A DNA stretch of 64,000 nt, taken from NCBI GenBank assembly GCA_965223905.1, contig CBDCXV010000010.1:800001-864000 (forward strand). The letters are read 5' to 3'. Position 1 is the stretch's first letter, and every line of letters starts with the position of its first letter. The DNA comes from Candidatus Latescibacterota bacterium. Its GTDB lineage: Bacteria > Latescibacterota > UBA2968 > UBA8231. A program made the translations under genes and the position numbers. The notes below the pieces were generated by a model. That model was not told where the DNA came from. It did no database searches and was given only the letters and a program-made list of their open reading frames with translations. Shown piece by piece: positions 27,452-36,931 of this stretch.

Positions 27452-30400
27452 TCATCTCACTTTGGATTTGTCCCGAACCTCCATCGGCTGCTTCAGGGCA
27501 TTCACGCTCAGGTAGTAGTGTTCCACCTTGGTAAACTCCCGCCAAGGGAAGCGCGCTGGATCACCTATCGGCTTCTGAAGCTCAGGTGCGCTGGCGCAGT
27601 TGGTCACCACGTAGAGCCAGTAACAGTCGCGCCGGTCCTCCGCGACGCGGCGCTCGTTCGGCGTCAGCAGGATACTTCCGGCGGCGCCGGCGAGACCCTT
27701 CACCTCGATGAGGCGCAGCTCCCCGGACTGTAGATCGAGGCTGGTCAGGTCGTACCCGAGGTCCTTCTCATGGACGTCCACTACCTGGCGTCCCTTCGCG
27801 GTCTCGTGTTCCATGACCACCTGCATCGCCGTCATTTCGGTTTCGGGATGCGGACGCAGGCCCCGGACGTCCAGGGTGTCGCTTTCGGGATGGGGAAGAA
27901 CGAGGGCGCTGGCGAGCCGCTCTACTCCCTGAAGGGTCACGGCTCGCTGCCGCTTGAGCTCCTCGCGCCGTCGCTCGCGACGCTCCCGCACCTCCGCATG
28001 GCGGTTCTCGGCCTGCGCCAGACGCCCTTCGGCCCCGGTTACTCCCTCGTCCACCTCTTCATCAGCCCGGCCGATCTCGTCGTCCGCCCGTTGCAGCACC
28101 TCCTTCAGCGACATTTCGACGTGCTCGGCAATGCGGTCGACCTCGGCAAACCGCTCGTTGCGCACCTCGTCGATGAACGGGATCAGGGCTTGTTCGTTCA
28201 GCCAGGCGGTAGCTTCCGGAAGCGAGGACGCAGCCGGCAGGAAATCCGGCGCCGCGGTGGGAGTCAGGTTGCCGAGGATATCCGGCTCGCGAAGACAGGG
28301 TGAGGCCCCATCCGTCAGCTCCACGGTGAACAGCCGTTCGTGGATGATCTGTCCGAGACCGTCGACGACCTTCGCTCTGTAGAAGTCGAGGCGGGCGGGA
28401 GTTTCGTGGGCTAGTGAACGGAAGCATGCCCCACGGGCACAGGCGTCTCGGCCGAGATCGAGGCTGTGGCGGCGCAGGGCTTCGAACAGCGGATGTCCGG
28501 GGGTCACCCATTCGAGGTGGTGCTCCTCCGCGGTGTCCCGGTCCGTCGAAAGGCGCGGATAGCGAACCGCAAGCTCCGGGAGCTTCCAGTCCGGCATGCG
28601 CTCGTATTTTTTCAACCCGGGCGGCACGCGAGCCGGGTCGAACGTATGCGCCAGGTTTCTCACCGGTTTCAGGACCAAGCCCGAAAACTGCGCGCATTCC
28701 TTGATGAACCGCGCGATGGTCTCGGGAACCAGGCGCCTTTCCTGGGCCCGGGCGCGGCGCTCGATGAGCATGTCGAGATTGAGCTTCTTGGCGGCCAATC
28801 CCTCCAGCGCCGTCTGGCAGATATTCCGGAAATGACCCTCGTCCACGTCCCTCAGGAGCCGGTCTTCGAAGTCTTCCTCCCCAAGCCTGCCGGCGTAGAA
28901 GTCGCGCAGCACGCGCTCCACGTGCGCGGACGGCAGGATCTCGCCCACGACGTTGAATACCGCGTCGTCATCGAGGGCGTCGCGGATCTCCTGGAGCTTG
29001 TCCAACAGCCGCTGCAGGACCCGTCCCTCGATGGTGTTGGTGGCGACGAAATTGAAGATCAGGCAGTCTAGCCGCTGTCCGTACCGGTGGATGCGCCCCA
29101 TCCGCTGTTCGAGGCGGTTCGGGTTCCAGGGGATGTCGTAGTTGAAGAGAATGTGGCAGCACTGGAGGTTGATTCCTTCTCCGGCCGCCTCGGTAGCGAC
29201 CAGGACCTGTATCTCCCCTTCGCGGAACTGCTGCTCGGTGTAGAGCCGGGTTCCCGGTTCGTCGCGGGAGCCGGGTTTCATGGCCCCGTGGATGCAGCCG
29301 ACGCGGAAGCCCCAGGCTTTCAGCTGTTCCATCAGGTGGTCGAGGGTGTCCTTGAACTCGGTGAACAGCAGCAGCCGCTGGTCGGGCCGGTCGAAGAACC
29401 CCTCCTCCTGCATGATCCGCCGAAGATGTCGGAGCTTCGCCTGGCTGCCCGGGCCTTCGACTGCTTTCGCCTCCCCGGCAAGCTCCAGCAGCTCGGCGAT
29501 CTCTTCCCGCACCTGCCCGGCGTTGCCGGCCAGGGTGATCGCTTCCAGCATCCTTTCCAGGCGCTCGCGCTCCGCGTCCTCGAACTCCTCGAGCTCTTCC
29601 AGACCGGGAAGATCAGGGGGCGCGGTTCGAACCACTTCCTGGGCCCGGCTTAGGCCCTCCTCCAGGCGCTTTGCCCGGTTCTCCAGCGAACGACGCATGG
29701 CGTAGGTGCTGGAGGCGAGACGCCTCTGGTACAGGGACATCAGGAAACCGACGGCTCGCGCCCGCGGGTCGTCATCTTGGGCCGCGGCTCGGGTGCATTG
29801 CCGCTTTACGAAGCGGGTGACTGCCTGGTACAGGTCGAACTCGGGGCCATCGATGGCGAAGTCGGCGGTACGTGGGATGCGCTTGGTGAAGACCGGCTTG
29901 GCAATCCAGGTTCCGTCCTCATGGCGCTCCGGGAAATAGACCATCGCCTCCTTGGTGCGCCGCAGGTAGAAGGGGGCGCGCCTCTTGTCCATGGCATCGC
30001 GGATCGAGCTTACGTCGGCGTAGGCGTCCCGGTCGAGAAGCTGCAGGAAGAGGCTGAAATTCTGTGGGTCCCCCTTGTGCGGAGTGGCGGTCAGCAGCAG
30101 CACGTTTTCGGCGCTGTCGCGCAGCAGTTCCCCCAGCCGGTACCGCTGGCTCTTGTGCGTCTCGTCGCGCGCCGACATGCGGTGCGCCTCGTCGACGATC
30201 ACCAGATCCCAACGCACCTGAGCCAGTCCGGGAAGGATCTCGGTGCGCTTGGCGAGGTCGAGGGAGGTGATGATCTGCTTCTGCTCCATCCACTGGTTGA
30301 CGCCGAACTGATCGCGGATGTCGCTGCCTTTCAGCACCAGGAACTTCTCCTCGAACTTCTCCTTGAGCTCGCGCTGCCATTGGAACGTCAGGTTCGCGGG

Positions 30401-30898
30401 GCAGACGACGAGAACCCGTTCGATAAGGCCACGAAGCTTGAGTTCGCGAATCAGGAGACCGGCCATGATGGTCTTGCCTGCTCCTGCGTCGTCGGCGAGC
30501 AGGAAGCGCACGCTTGGCAATTTGAGGAAGTGATCGTAGACGGCTTCGAGCTGGTGCGGCAGGGGGTCCACCCGCGAAATGGACAACCCGAAATAAGGGT
30601 CGAATTCGTAGGCGATGCCGAGCGCGTAGGCCTGAAGGCCGAGACGCAGAAGCCGTCCGTCGCCGTCGAAGGAAAGAGCGGAATCGGCGATGGTCAGGTC
30701 GGCAATGTCATCCGCCGTAAGGGTGACCTGACGAAACTGCTCCGACTGCTGGCCGACGAGTCCTGCGACCCAGATTCCGGGACCATTCGAGCCAACGGTA
30801 ACCACTCGCATAGGCTCGCTGAACAGCGAGCCGGACAGGATCTGTCCTTCCCGGATGGCGGTCTCAGCACTCAACGGGATACTCCTGTTTCCAGCCAT
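27452..30898 (-). CDS. SNF2-family helicase with C-terminal DUF3883 (NO VEIN-like) nuclease domain
   Basis: PLPHQLEAVY, LADDAGAGKT, DEAH, TATPH, GEGINLQ, WNPNRLEQRMGRIHRYGQ; C-terminal GYDL..IEVKG..LTPNE. Confidence 0.93.
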   Translation of the reverse strand: MAGNRSIPLSAETAIREGQILSGSLFSEPMRVVTVGSNGPGIWVAGLVGQQSEQFRQVTLTADDIADLTIADSALSFDGDGRLLRLGLQAYALGIAYEFDPYFGLSISRVDPLPHQLEAVYDHFLKLPSVRFLLADDAGAGKTIMAGLLIRELKLRGLIERVLVVCPANLTFQWQRELKEKFEEKFLVLKGSDIRDQFGVNQWMEQKQIITSLDLAKRTEILPGLAQVRWDLVIVDEAHRMSARDETHKSQRYRLGELLRDSAENVLLLTATPHKGDPQNFSLFLQLLDRDAYADVSSIRDAMDKRRAPFYLRRTKEAMVYFPERHEDGTWIAKPVFTKRIPRTADFAIDGPEFDLYQAVTRFVKRQCTRAAAQDDDPRARAVGFLMSLYQRRLASSTYAMRRSLENRAKRLEEGLSRAQEVVRTAPPDLPGLEELEEFEDAERERLERMLEAITLAGNAGQVREEIAELLELAGEAKAVEGPGSQAKLRHLRRIMQEEGFFDRPDQRLLLFTEFKDTLDHLMEQLKAWGFRVGCIHGAMKPGSRDEPGTRLYTEQQFREGEIQVLVATEAAGEGINLQCCHILFNYDIPWNPNRLEQRMGRIHRYGQRLDCLIFNFVATNTIEGRVLQRLLDKLQEIRDALDDDAVFNVVGEILPSAHVERVLRDFYAGRLGEEDFEDRLLRDVDEGHFRNICQTALEGLAAKKLNLDMLIERRARAQERRLVPETIARFIKECAQFSGLVLKPVRNLAHTFDPARVPPGLKKYERMPDWKLPELAVRYPRLSTDRDTAEEHHLEWVTPGHPLFEALRRHSLDLGRDACARGACFRSLAHETPARLDFYRAKVVDGLGQIIHERLFTVELTDGASPCLREPDILGNLTPTAAPDFLPAASSLPEATAWLNEQALIPFIDEVRNERFAEVDRIAEHVEMSLKEVLQRADDEIGRADEEVDEGVTGAEGRLAQAENRHAEVRERRERRREELKRQRAVTLQGVERLASALVLPHPESDTLDVRGLRPHPETEMTAMQVVMEHETAKGRQVVDVHEKDLGYDLTSLDLQSGELRLIEVKGLAGAAGSILLTPNERRVAEDRRDCYWLYVVTNCASAPELQKPIGDPARFPWREFTKVEHYYLSVNALKQPMEVRDKSKVR

Positions 30899-30985
30899 TA
30901 TCAATTTCTTTGCCCTTCTGGCATGGCTTGCTTGATCCCATTCAGGAGTGCCGAATCGCTCCCAGTACCTGCGGAGGAGGAGATC

Positions 30986-31168
30986 CTATATGTAGTAGAT
31001 CGGGACCTGCGGGTCCTCCGCCGGCAGCTCCGGGGCCTTGAATTGCCGGCGGTTGCGGAACCGCCGGGTGGCCGTGAAGCCCCAGGCGACCAGGGCTCCC
31101 CAGACAGCGGGGAGGACGACCGCGGCCGCCACCAGGACCGCGTCGGGAACGCCTGCCAGGGCGCTCAC
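30986..31168 (-). CDS. 60-aa single-TM small protein, copy 2
   Basis: GTG 31168 overlaps the glycosyltransferase stop (GTGA); differs from copy 1 by one residue (A/L). Confidence 0.7.
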   Translation of the reverse strand: MSALAGVPDAVLVAAAVVLPAVWGALVAWGFTATRRFRNRRQFKAPELPAEDPQVPIYYI

Positions 31169-31184
31169 TCCGCATCCTCCCCGG
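30990..31184. repeat. 195-bp direct repeat, right island boundary
   Basis: 189/195 identical to 11860-12054. Confidence 0.95.
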
Positions 31185-32160
31185 CTGTGGTCGCGCCGCC
31201 ATTCAGCCGCCGGCTGATCCGCGGCGTGCGCCCTCCCCGCTGGTGCATGCTCGCCACCATGTCGCCGAGCAGCCCGGTCGAGAACAGCTGCACCCCGACG
31301 ATGATCAGCAGGACCCCGAAAAGCAGCAGCGGCAGCCGGTGCTGGATGGTGCCGGTCTCCGCCCACAGGTAGGTGATGTAGCAGCCGATCAGGGCGCCAG
31401 CTGCGGTGGCCGCGAGGCCGAGGCTTCCGAACACGTGCATCGGCGTGGTCATGAAGCGGACCACGAAGGTGATCGAGAGCAGATCGAGGAAGCCGTTGAG
31501 CAGCCGCCTGCTTCCGAACTTCGACTCCCCGTACATGCGGCGGTGATGGCGCACCGGGATTTCGCCGACCCGGTAGCCGCTCCAGTGGGCGATGGCGGGC
31601 AGGTAGCGGTAGAGCTCGCCGTACAGATAGGGGAGGGAATCCTCGGCCACCTCGCGGCGGTAGGCCTTCAGGCCGCAGTTGAAATCGTGCAGCCTGATGC
31701 CGGCGACCACCGAGGTCACGAGGTTGAACAGCCGCGATGGCAGGGTTTTGCTCAGGGGGTCGAGGCGCTTCTGCTTCCAGCCGGTGACGAGGTCCTTGTC
31801 GCCGTCGAGGGCGGCCAGAAGGTTCTCGATCTCCTCGGGGTCGTCCTGGAGATCTGCGTCCATGGTGACGATGACGTCCCCCCTGGCGGCCTTGAAGCCG
31901 GCCGCCAGGGCCGCGGCCTTGCGGTAGTTGCGCCGGAAGCCGAGGGCGCGGATGCGCGGGTAACGGCCGCTGAGCTCCCCGATGACGTCGAACGAGCCGT
32001 CGCTGCTGCCGTCGTCGACGAAGACGATCTCCGACGCCCGCGCAATGCGGTCGAGGGCCGCGTTCAGTTTTTCGCACAGCGCCGGCAGGCTCTCGCGCTC
32101 GTTGTACACCGGGATCACCACCGAGATTTCCGGCGCCCTGCAGGCCTCTTCCGGGCTCAT
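31165..32160 (-). CDS. GT2 glycosyltransferase (ArnC/polyprenol-phosphate sugar synthase-like)
   Basis: VVIPVYNE, VDDGSSDGS, MDADLQDDP, DFNCGLKAYR, two C-terminal TM helices. Confidence 0.92.
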   Translation of the reverse strand: MSPEEACRAPEISVVIPVYNERESLPALCEKLNAALDRIARASEIVFVDDGSSDGSFDVIGELSGRYPRIRALGFRRNYRKAAALAAGFKAARGDVIVTMDADLQDDPEEIENLLAALDGDKDLVTGWKQKRLDPLSKTLPSRLFNLVTSVVAGIRLHDFNCGLKAYRREVAEDSLPYLYGELYRYLPAIAHWSGYRVGEIPVRHHRRMYGESKFGSRRLLNGFLDLLSITFVVRFMTTPMHVFGSLGLAATAAGALIGCYITYLWAETGTIQHRLPLLLFGVLLIIVGVQLFSTGLLGDMVASMHQRGGRTPRISRRLNGGATTAGEDAE

Positions 32161-32349
32161 CTACCGACTTTTCCGGTTTAGGCGCCGGGTTTCCGCCCCA
32201 CCGCCGGCTATTCCGCACTTGCGTAAATCCATAATTTTATATTTCTCTTTAGTGGTTTCCCTCTGAAAACAGGGTATTTAATAGATACCACAAACTATAT
32301 AGTATCTCGGAAATAAACTAAAGTTTGATACTCTCTGAAGAGAAAACTT

Positions 32350-32850
32350 ATGAAAGACCTTGTCGCCGCTAATCCCGAAGTCTCCCCCGGGGTCCGCGAT
32401 CTCGTCGAAGAGGGATTGTCCCCCGGCACCCGGAAAAACTACGAGCGAGCCCTTCGGGAACTCGAAAACGAGGTGGGACAGAGTACCGATTTCAGTCTTG
32501 CGCATTTTCTGGAGGGGAGGTTTCGGGCCGGAATAGCCCCCGGAACCCTGAACACTACCATTAACGTAACGCCGTGAAGTTCCGGTCTCGACTGACTGGC
32601 GATCCTTGCCCGATTGGTCCCCTCACAGAAAGAACGATTGCCGGGATTCGCCGCAAGGGTCGGAACAGGGGCCGGGGGCAAGTGGAGGGGCTGCAATGGG
32701 CGGGAGTGGACGCTCTGGCTACTCTGGCGGCTGACGACGGCCTGTCAGAGTTTACGGGATGCGGCAATATTGGCGGTTGCCAGTGACGCCTGCTGCGCTC
32801 AGGGTAGATTGTCGCCGTCCGTTTTGAAGACCTGGAATGCCCCAACCCAA
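32350..32850 (+). pseudogene. Decayed Cre-like tyrosine recombinase
   Basis: Fragments across frames: LSPGTRKNYERAL / AVKFRSRL..TIAGIRR..GRGQVEGL / LRDAAILAVASDA / LLRSG*IVAVRFEDL (catalytic Arg box); several frameshifts and a stop. Confidence 0.7.
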
Positions 32851-33043
32851 CGGCTTGGAGTGGCTGGCAATTCGCTGCTCGATAACAGACCAAGCGGGGA
32901 AACAGGCTCCGGCGATGTTAATCAAAACTTACAGCCGGTTCAGGGGCAATCCGCCCGCTCTCCTGTAGCCGCTCCGGCCGCTCCCCCGGCCTCCCCGCCG
33001 CCTTCCCTTGGTTGCTGCCCTCAGCCTTAATCTGCCGCACAGA

Positions 33044-33077
33044 AAAGCCCCGGATTCAAGGTGAAATCCGGGGCTTT
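33044..33077 (-). terminator. Intrinsic terminator
   Basis: aaagccccggatt-8nt-aatccggggcttt with T-run on the minus strand, downstream of 33099-33326. Confidence 0.75.
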
Positions 33078-33098
33078 GACTTCGGGGAAGGATGCAAG

Positions 33099-33326
33099 CT
33101 ATTCCGCATGACTTTCGTAGGGATCCGGCCGGCCCTTGATAAACTGCACCTCGCCGTGCAGCTCTTTTATGTCGGATTGGATGCGGTCGATTTTCGAGTC
33201 TACCTTGTCGATGCTCTTCGCTTGAGCCTCGTTTCCGTCATCAATGCGCTTTCCAAGGCTGTTCCAGGAAATCCCCATCAAAACGCCGACAATGACAATC
33301 AGTCCCGGAACTATCAAGCTTTCCAT
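33099..33326 (-). CDS. Small TM + coiled-coil hypothetical protein
   Basis: MESLIVPGLIVIVGVLMG then heptads IDKVDSKIDRIQSDIKEL; aggag RBS upstream; own terminator. Confidence 0.65.
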   Translation of the reverse strand: MESLIVPGLIVIVGVLMGISWNSLGKRIDDGNEAQAKSIDKVDSKIDRIQSDIKELHGEVQFIKGRPDPYESHAE

Positions 33327-33376
33327 CGTTTCGGTCTCCTTGGTGGAAACAGCTGTCTGAAAGTGTCGGTTTCGGC

Positions 33377-34834
33377 ATGGGACCCGTCAAGAAGCAACCC
33401 CGTCCCGGCGCACACGTTCACCTGATCGCGGTCTGCGGCACCGCAATGGGATCGCTGGCCGCCATGCTCGCCGAGCGCGGCTGCCGGGTGACCGGCTCGG
33501 ACGCCCATACCTATCCGCCGATGAGCGATTTCCTCGAGCAGGCCCGCGTCGGCGTGTACGAGGGGTTCGACGCGGCCAGACTGTATCCGGCTCCCGACCT
33601 GGTGGTGGTGGGAAACGCGGTGTCGCGCGGCAATCCCGAGGTCGAGGCCACCCTCGACCGCCGCATCCCCTACACTAGCCTGCCCGAACTGTTGCGGGAC
33701 GCCTTCCTGGTTTCCAAGCGGCCCGTCGTCGTCACCGGCACGCACGGCAAGACCACGACCACGGCGATGGCCGCCCATCTGCTCGCCGCCGCCGGTCTCG
33801 ACCCCTCCTTCCTGGTCGCCGGGATTCCGCGCGACTTCCCGCGTCCGTACCGGCTGGGTTCGGGAAGCTGCTTCGTCATCGAGGGGGACGAGTACGACAG
33901 CGCCTTCTTCGCCAAGTTCCCCAAGTTCTTCTTCTACCGCCCCGAGCTTCTTCTCGTCAACAATATCGAGTACGACCACGCAGACCTGTACGCGAGTCTC
34001 GACGAGATCGAACGGGCCTTCCGCTACCTCCTCAACACCGTGCCGGGCAACGGCCTGATCCTTGCCAACGGGGACGACCCGGTGATCGCGCGGCTGCTGC
34101 CGCAGGCCCCGGCCCCGGTGCAGACCTTCGGCATGGGAAGCGCCTGCCGGTGGCGCGCCTCCGAGGTAGTGCAGGGTCGAGGCAGGCAGCAGTTCTCGAT
34201 ACTGGACGGAGAGCGCGTTTTCGGCCGCTTCGAGATCGGCCTGTGCGGCGAGCACAATCTCCGCAACGCCCTGGGAGCCGCGGCCGCGGCCGCCCACCTC
34301 GAAGTGCCGGCCGCGGCGATCGCCGGGGGACTGTCCTCATTCACCGGCATCCGGCGCCGCCAGGAACTGCTCGGGGAATTCGGGGGTATAACCGTTATCG
34401 ACGATTTCGCCCATCACCCGACCGCGGTCGAGAAGACCCTGCTCGGCCTGCGGGATGCCTACTCCCCCGCCCGCCTGTGGGCGGTGTTCGAGCCGGCGAG
34501 CGCAACCAACGCGAGAAATGTCTTCGAGCAGCGATACCTGCAGGCCTTCGCCGCCGCGGACCGCGTCACCCTCGCCGCGGTGCCGCGTCCCGAGCGCGCG
34601 CGCGGGGACGCCCCGTTCTCTTCCGAACGTCTGGCCGCGGAGCTGAGCCGCGGCGGCCTCCAGGCCTGCTGCGCCCCCTCGAAGCAGGAAATTCTGGACC
34701 TGCTCGCCGCCGAGGCGGCCGACGGGGACCTGGTGGTGTTCATGAGCAACGGGGGCTTCGGCGGGGTGCAGCAGTCGTTCGTCGATCTGCTGAAACGCCG
34801 AGGCGCAGAAAGCGGGGAATGCCCGCAGGTCTGA
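33377..34834 (+). CDS. mpl: UDP-MurNAc:tripeptide ligase (murein recycling)
   Basis: CGTAMGSLA, YPPMS, GTHGKTTTT, EGDEYDSAFF..KF, EYDHADLY, DDFAHHPTA, MSNGGFGG. Confidence 0.92.
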   Translation: MGPVKKQPRPGAHVHLIAVCGTAMGSLAAMLAERGCRVTGSDAHTYPPMSDFLEQARVGVYEGFDAARLYPAPDLVVVGNAVSRGNPEVEATLDRRIPYTSLPELLRDAFLVSKRPVVVTGTHGKTTTTAMAAHLLAAAGLDPSFLVAGIPRDFPRPYRLGSGSCFVIEGDEYDSAFFAKFPKFFFYRPELLLVNNIEYDHADLYASLDEIERAFRYLLNTVPGNGLILANGDDPVIARLLPQAPAPVQTFGMGSACRWRASEVVQGRGRQQFSILDGERVFGRFEIGLCGEHNLRNALGAAAAAAHLEVPAAAIAGGLSSFTGIRRRQELLGEFGGITVIDDFAHHPTAVEKTLLGLRDAYSPARLWAVFEPASATNARNVFEQRYLQAFAAADRVTLAAVPRPERARGDAPFSSERLAAELSRGGLQACCAPSKQEILDLLAAEAADGDLVVFMSNGGFGGVQQSFVDLLKRRGAESGECPQV

Positions 34835-35817
34835 ACCGCCCCGGTGTGCTCGAGCCGGGGGATCTCGTGGCCCTGGTGGCCCCCTCCCGTCCCGCCTCGG
34901 AGCGGGGCCCGCGGGAGGCCGCGGCCTACCTCGAGCAGCTAGGCTACCGCGTCGAGATATCACCCTCCATCCACGACCGGCATTACTACCTCGCCGGAAC
35001 GGACGAAACCCGCGCCGCCGAGCTCAACCGCGTCTTCGCCGCCCCGGAGATCAGGGCGGTGTTCTGCGCCCGGGGAGGGTTCGGCAGCGGGCGTCTGCTC
35101 GACCGGCTCGAATACGACGCGGTCCGCAGCGACCCGAAGGTCGTCGCCGGCTTCAGCGACTCCACCGCCCTGCTGCTGGCGCTCTACTCGCGGGCCCGGC
35201 TGGCGGTCTTCAACGGCGCCCTGGCCGACTTCGACCTCGGCAAGCGCCGGGACCCCCTGGTCGAGGCCTCGCTCTGGCCGCTGGTGACCTCGCCGGAACC
35301 GCTCGGGGAGGTTCCCGAGGCCGCAGAGTCCATAGGGGTGGTGCGCCCCGGGACCGCGCGCGGGCCGCTGGTACCTGCCAATCTCGCCCTGCTGTGCAGT
35401 CTCCTCGGCACCCCGTTCTTCCCGCCGCTCGACGGCGCCCTTCTCGTCCTGGAGGACATCGAGGAGTACCCCTACCGCATCGACCGCATGCTCAACCAGC
35501 TGCGCCTGGCCGGTGTCTTCGAGCGCCTCGGCGGCCTTCTGTTCGGGCAGTTCAGGGACTGTTTCACCGCCGAAGAGATGGAGGAAGCGCCGACCCTGGC
35601 AGAGCTCGCCCTCGAGCATGCCCGGGAGACCGATTTCCCCATCGTCGCCGGCCTTCCGTTCAGCCATTTCCCTCGCCGCCTGGTGCTTCCGGTCGGGATC
35701 GGCACGGAGCTCGACACCTCGGTCCCCTCCCTGAAGATCACCGAAGCCGCCGTGGTGAATCCTGCCGGGTGCTCAAGAAGGATTTCTGCAGGCACCCCAT
35801 CCATCCCTCCAGAATAG
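34819..35817 (+). CDS. ldcA: LD-carboxypeptidase (S66)
   Basis: Start ATG 34819; VAPS, ARGGFG, GFSDST, LEDIEEYPYRIDRMLNQL, FSH. Confidence 0.88.
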   Translation: MPAGLNRPGVLEPGDLVALVAPSRPASERGPREAAAYLEQLGYRVEISPSIHDRHYYLAGTDETRAAELNRVFAAPEIRAVFCARGGFGSGRLLDRLEYDAVRSDPKVVAGFSDSTALLLALYSRARLAVFNGALADFDLGKRRDPLVEASLWPLVTSPEPLGEVPEAAESIGVVRPGTARGPLVPANLALLCSLLGTPFFPPLDGALLVLEDIEEYPYRIDRMLNQLRLAGVFERLGGLLFGQFRDCFTAEEMEEAPTLAELALEHARETDFPIVAGLPFSHFPRRLVLPVGIGTELDTSVPSLKITEAAVVNPAGCSRRISAGTPSIPPE

Positions 35818-35836
35818 GGAGGCTGCAGAGGCTACC

Positions 35837-36517
35837 ATGAAATCCAGGTTCGCCCTGTTCTTCCTGCTTTGCGTCCTGGCGCTCGGCGCCTGCGGCGAAG
35901 GCGATCCTGTTTCATCCCGCCAACCGGCCGCGAATTCCGGGACTACCGCCAAGCGCATATCCAGCAGCGTGACCTTCAGCACCCCTGTCGCCGGTCTGGC
36001 CGAGTCCCGGATGTCCGGGGCGGACACGGTGGGCACCGATTCGACGAACGTGATTACCGGGAACCCGGACACCATGGGCACCGACTCGACGGACGTGATT
36101 ACCGCAAACCCGGACACTTCGGAGAAGGGCATGGATCCCGGACAGTCGGGAACCCTGGTTTTCACCGGAACCGCAGATGCGACCGAAGAATGGGGTAGGG
36201 ATGCTTTCGAGTTGACCGATGCAACGATAACCGGTGATACCCTTGCCGTTACGGTGTCGTACAGCGGTGGATGTCAAGACCACCAATTCACGTTGGTCGC
36301 CTCCGCTTCCTTCCTGGAGTCCGACCCGGTACAGCTCGAGGTTGCTCTCGCCCACAATGCCAACGCCGACCTTTGCATGGCGTGGTTGACCGAAGACTAT
36401 CTCTTCAGCCTCGTCCCGATCAAAGAGCGGTTCCAGAGTCAGTACCAGGATTCGGGCAGAATCGTTCTGCAACTCGAAGATGCTCCCGATGAACTCCTCT
36501 ACGAGTTCGCGGAGTAA
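35837..36517 (+). CDS. Lipoprotein with 15-aa tandem repeat and NigD-C-like domain
   Basis: Lipobox LGAC; DTVGTDSTNVITGNP/DTMGTDSTDVITANP; VSYSGGCQDHQFTL..HNANADLC. Confidence 0.7.
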   Translation: MKSRFALFFLLCVLALGACGEGDPVSSRQPAANSGTTAKRISSSVTFSTPVAGLAESRMSGADTVGTDSTNVITGNPDTMGTDSTDVITANPDTSEKGMDPGQSGTLVFTGTADATEEWGRDAFELTDATITGDTLAVTVSYSGGCQDHQFTLVASASFLESDPVQLEVALAHNANADLCMAWLTEDYLFSLVPIKERFQSQYQDSGRIVLQLEDAPDELLYEFAE

Positions 36518-36931
36518 CGCCGGCCGGAGGCTGAGGGCCAGACGCGGCCCGGATTCGCTTCATCCCACCACGCCGGCTGCGGACCGGTGAGGGCCTTGGG
36601 CAGGCCGGGAGACGGTCAGGTGGCCGGCGGAACGGTGCCGGCGCCAGGAGCCAGGTGAACAGCCCGCTCGGTCTGCGACCGGCCCTGGCCGCCGGTTTGC
36701 GCGCCTCGAAGCGACTTTCACCACGGCTCCTGGTCCTTGATGGAATCCCGCTCGTGCGGACCGCTACCCCACACAGGTCCCCGGGGAATCGGTCGGAGTC
36801 CGAAGAGCACGACAGGGACCACACTTCGCCCCCACAGGTCCCGGGTCCGCCCTCTTTCCAGCCGCCCCGGGAATCCGCGGGCAGGCGATGCCGAGGGCCG
36901 ACATCCGCGGCGTTGTCGACAGAGGCGATGG

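Larger units (their letters stand above)
12055..30989 (-). mobile_element. ~19-kb defence genomic island bounded by direct repeats; no integrase inside
   Basis: Ten co-oriented minus-strand defence-type genes between two copies of a 195-bp repeat; patchy lower GC. Confidence 0.75.

Noticed and set aside
12129-30898. Calling the island BREX, DISARM or type I/III RM
   Set aside because: No pglZ/brxA/brxL, drmA/drmB, hsdS or res/mod pair recognised
30986-32218. 410-aa ORF ending in the small-protein sequence
   Set aside because: Alternative frame over the GT2 gene; the small gene has its own GTG overlapping the GT2 stop
36022-36117. 45-bp tandem repeat
   Set aside because: In-frame low-complexity linker repeat of a lipoprotein
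36520-36930. Possible ncRNA or small ORF in a 400-bp convergent gap with a short ccacaggtccc-like repeat
   Set aside because: No convincing promoter, structure or coding signal
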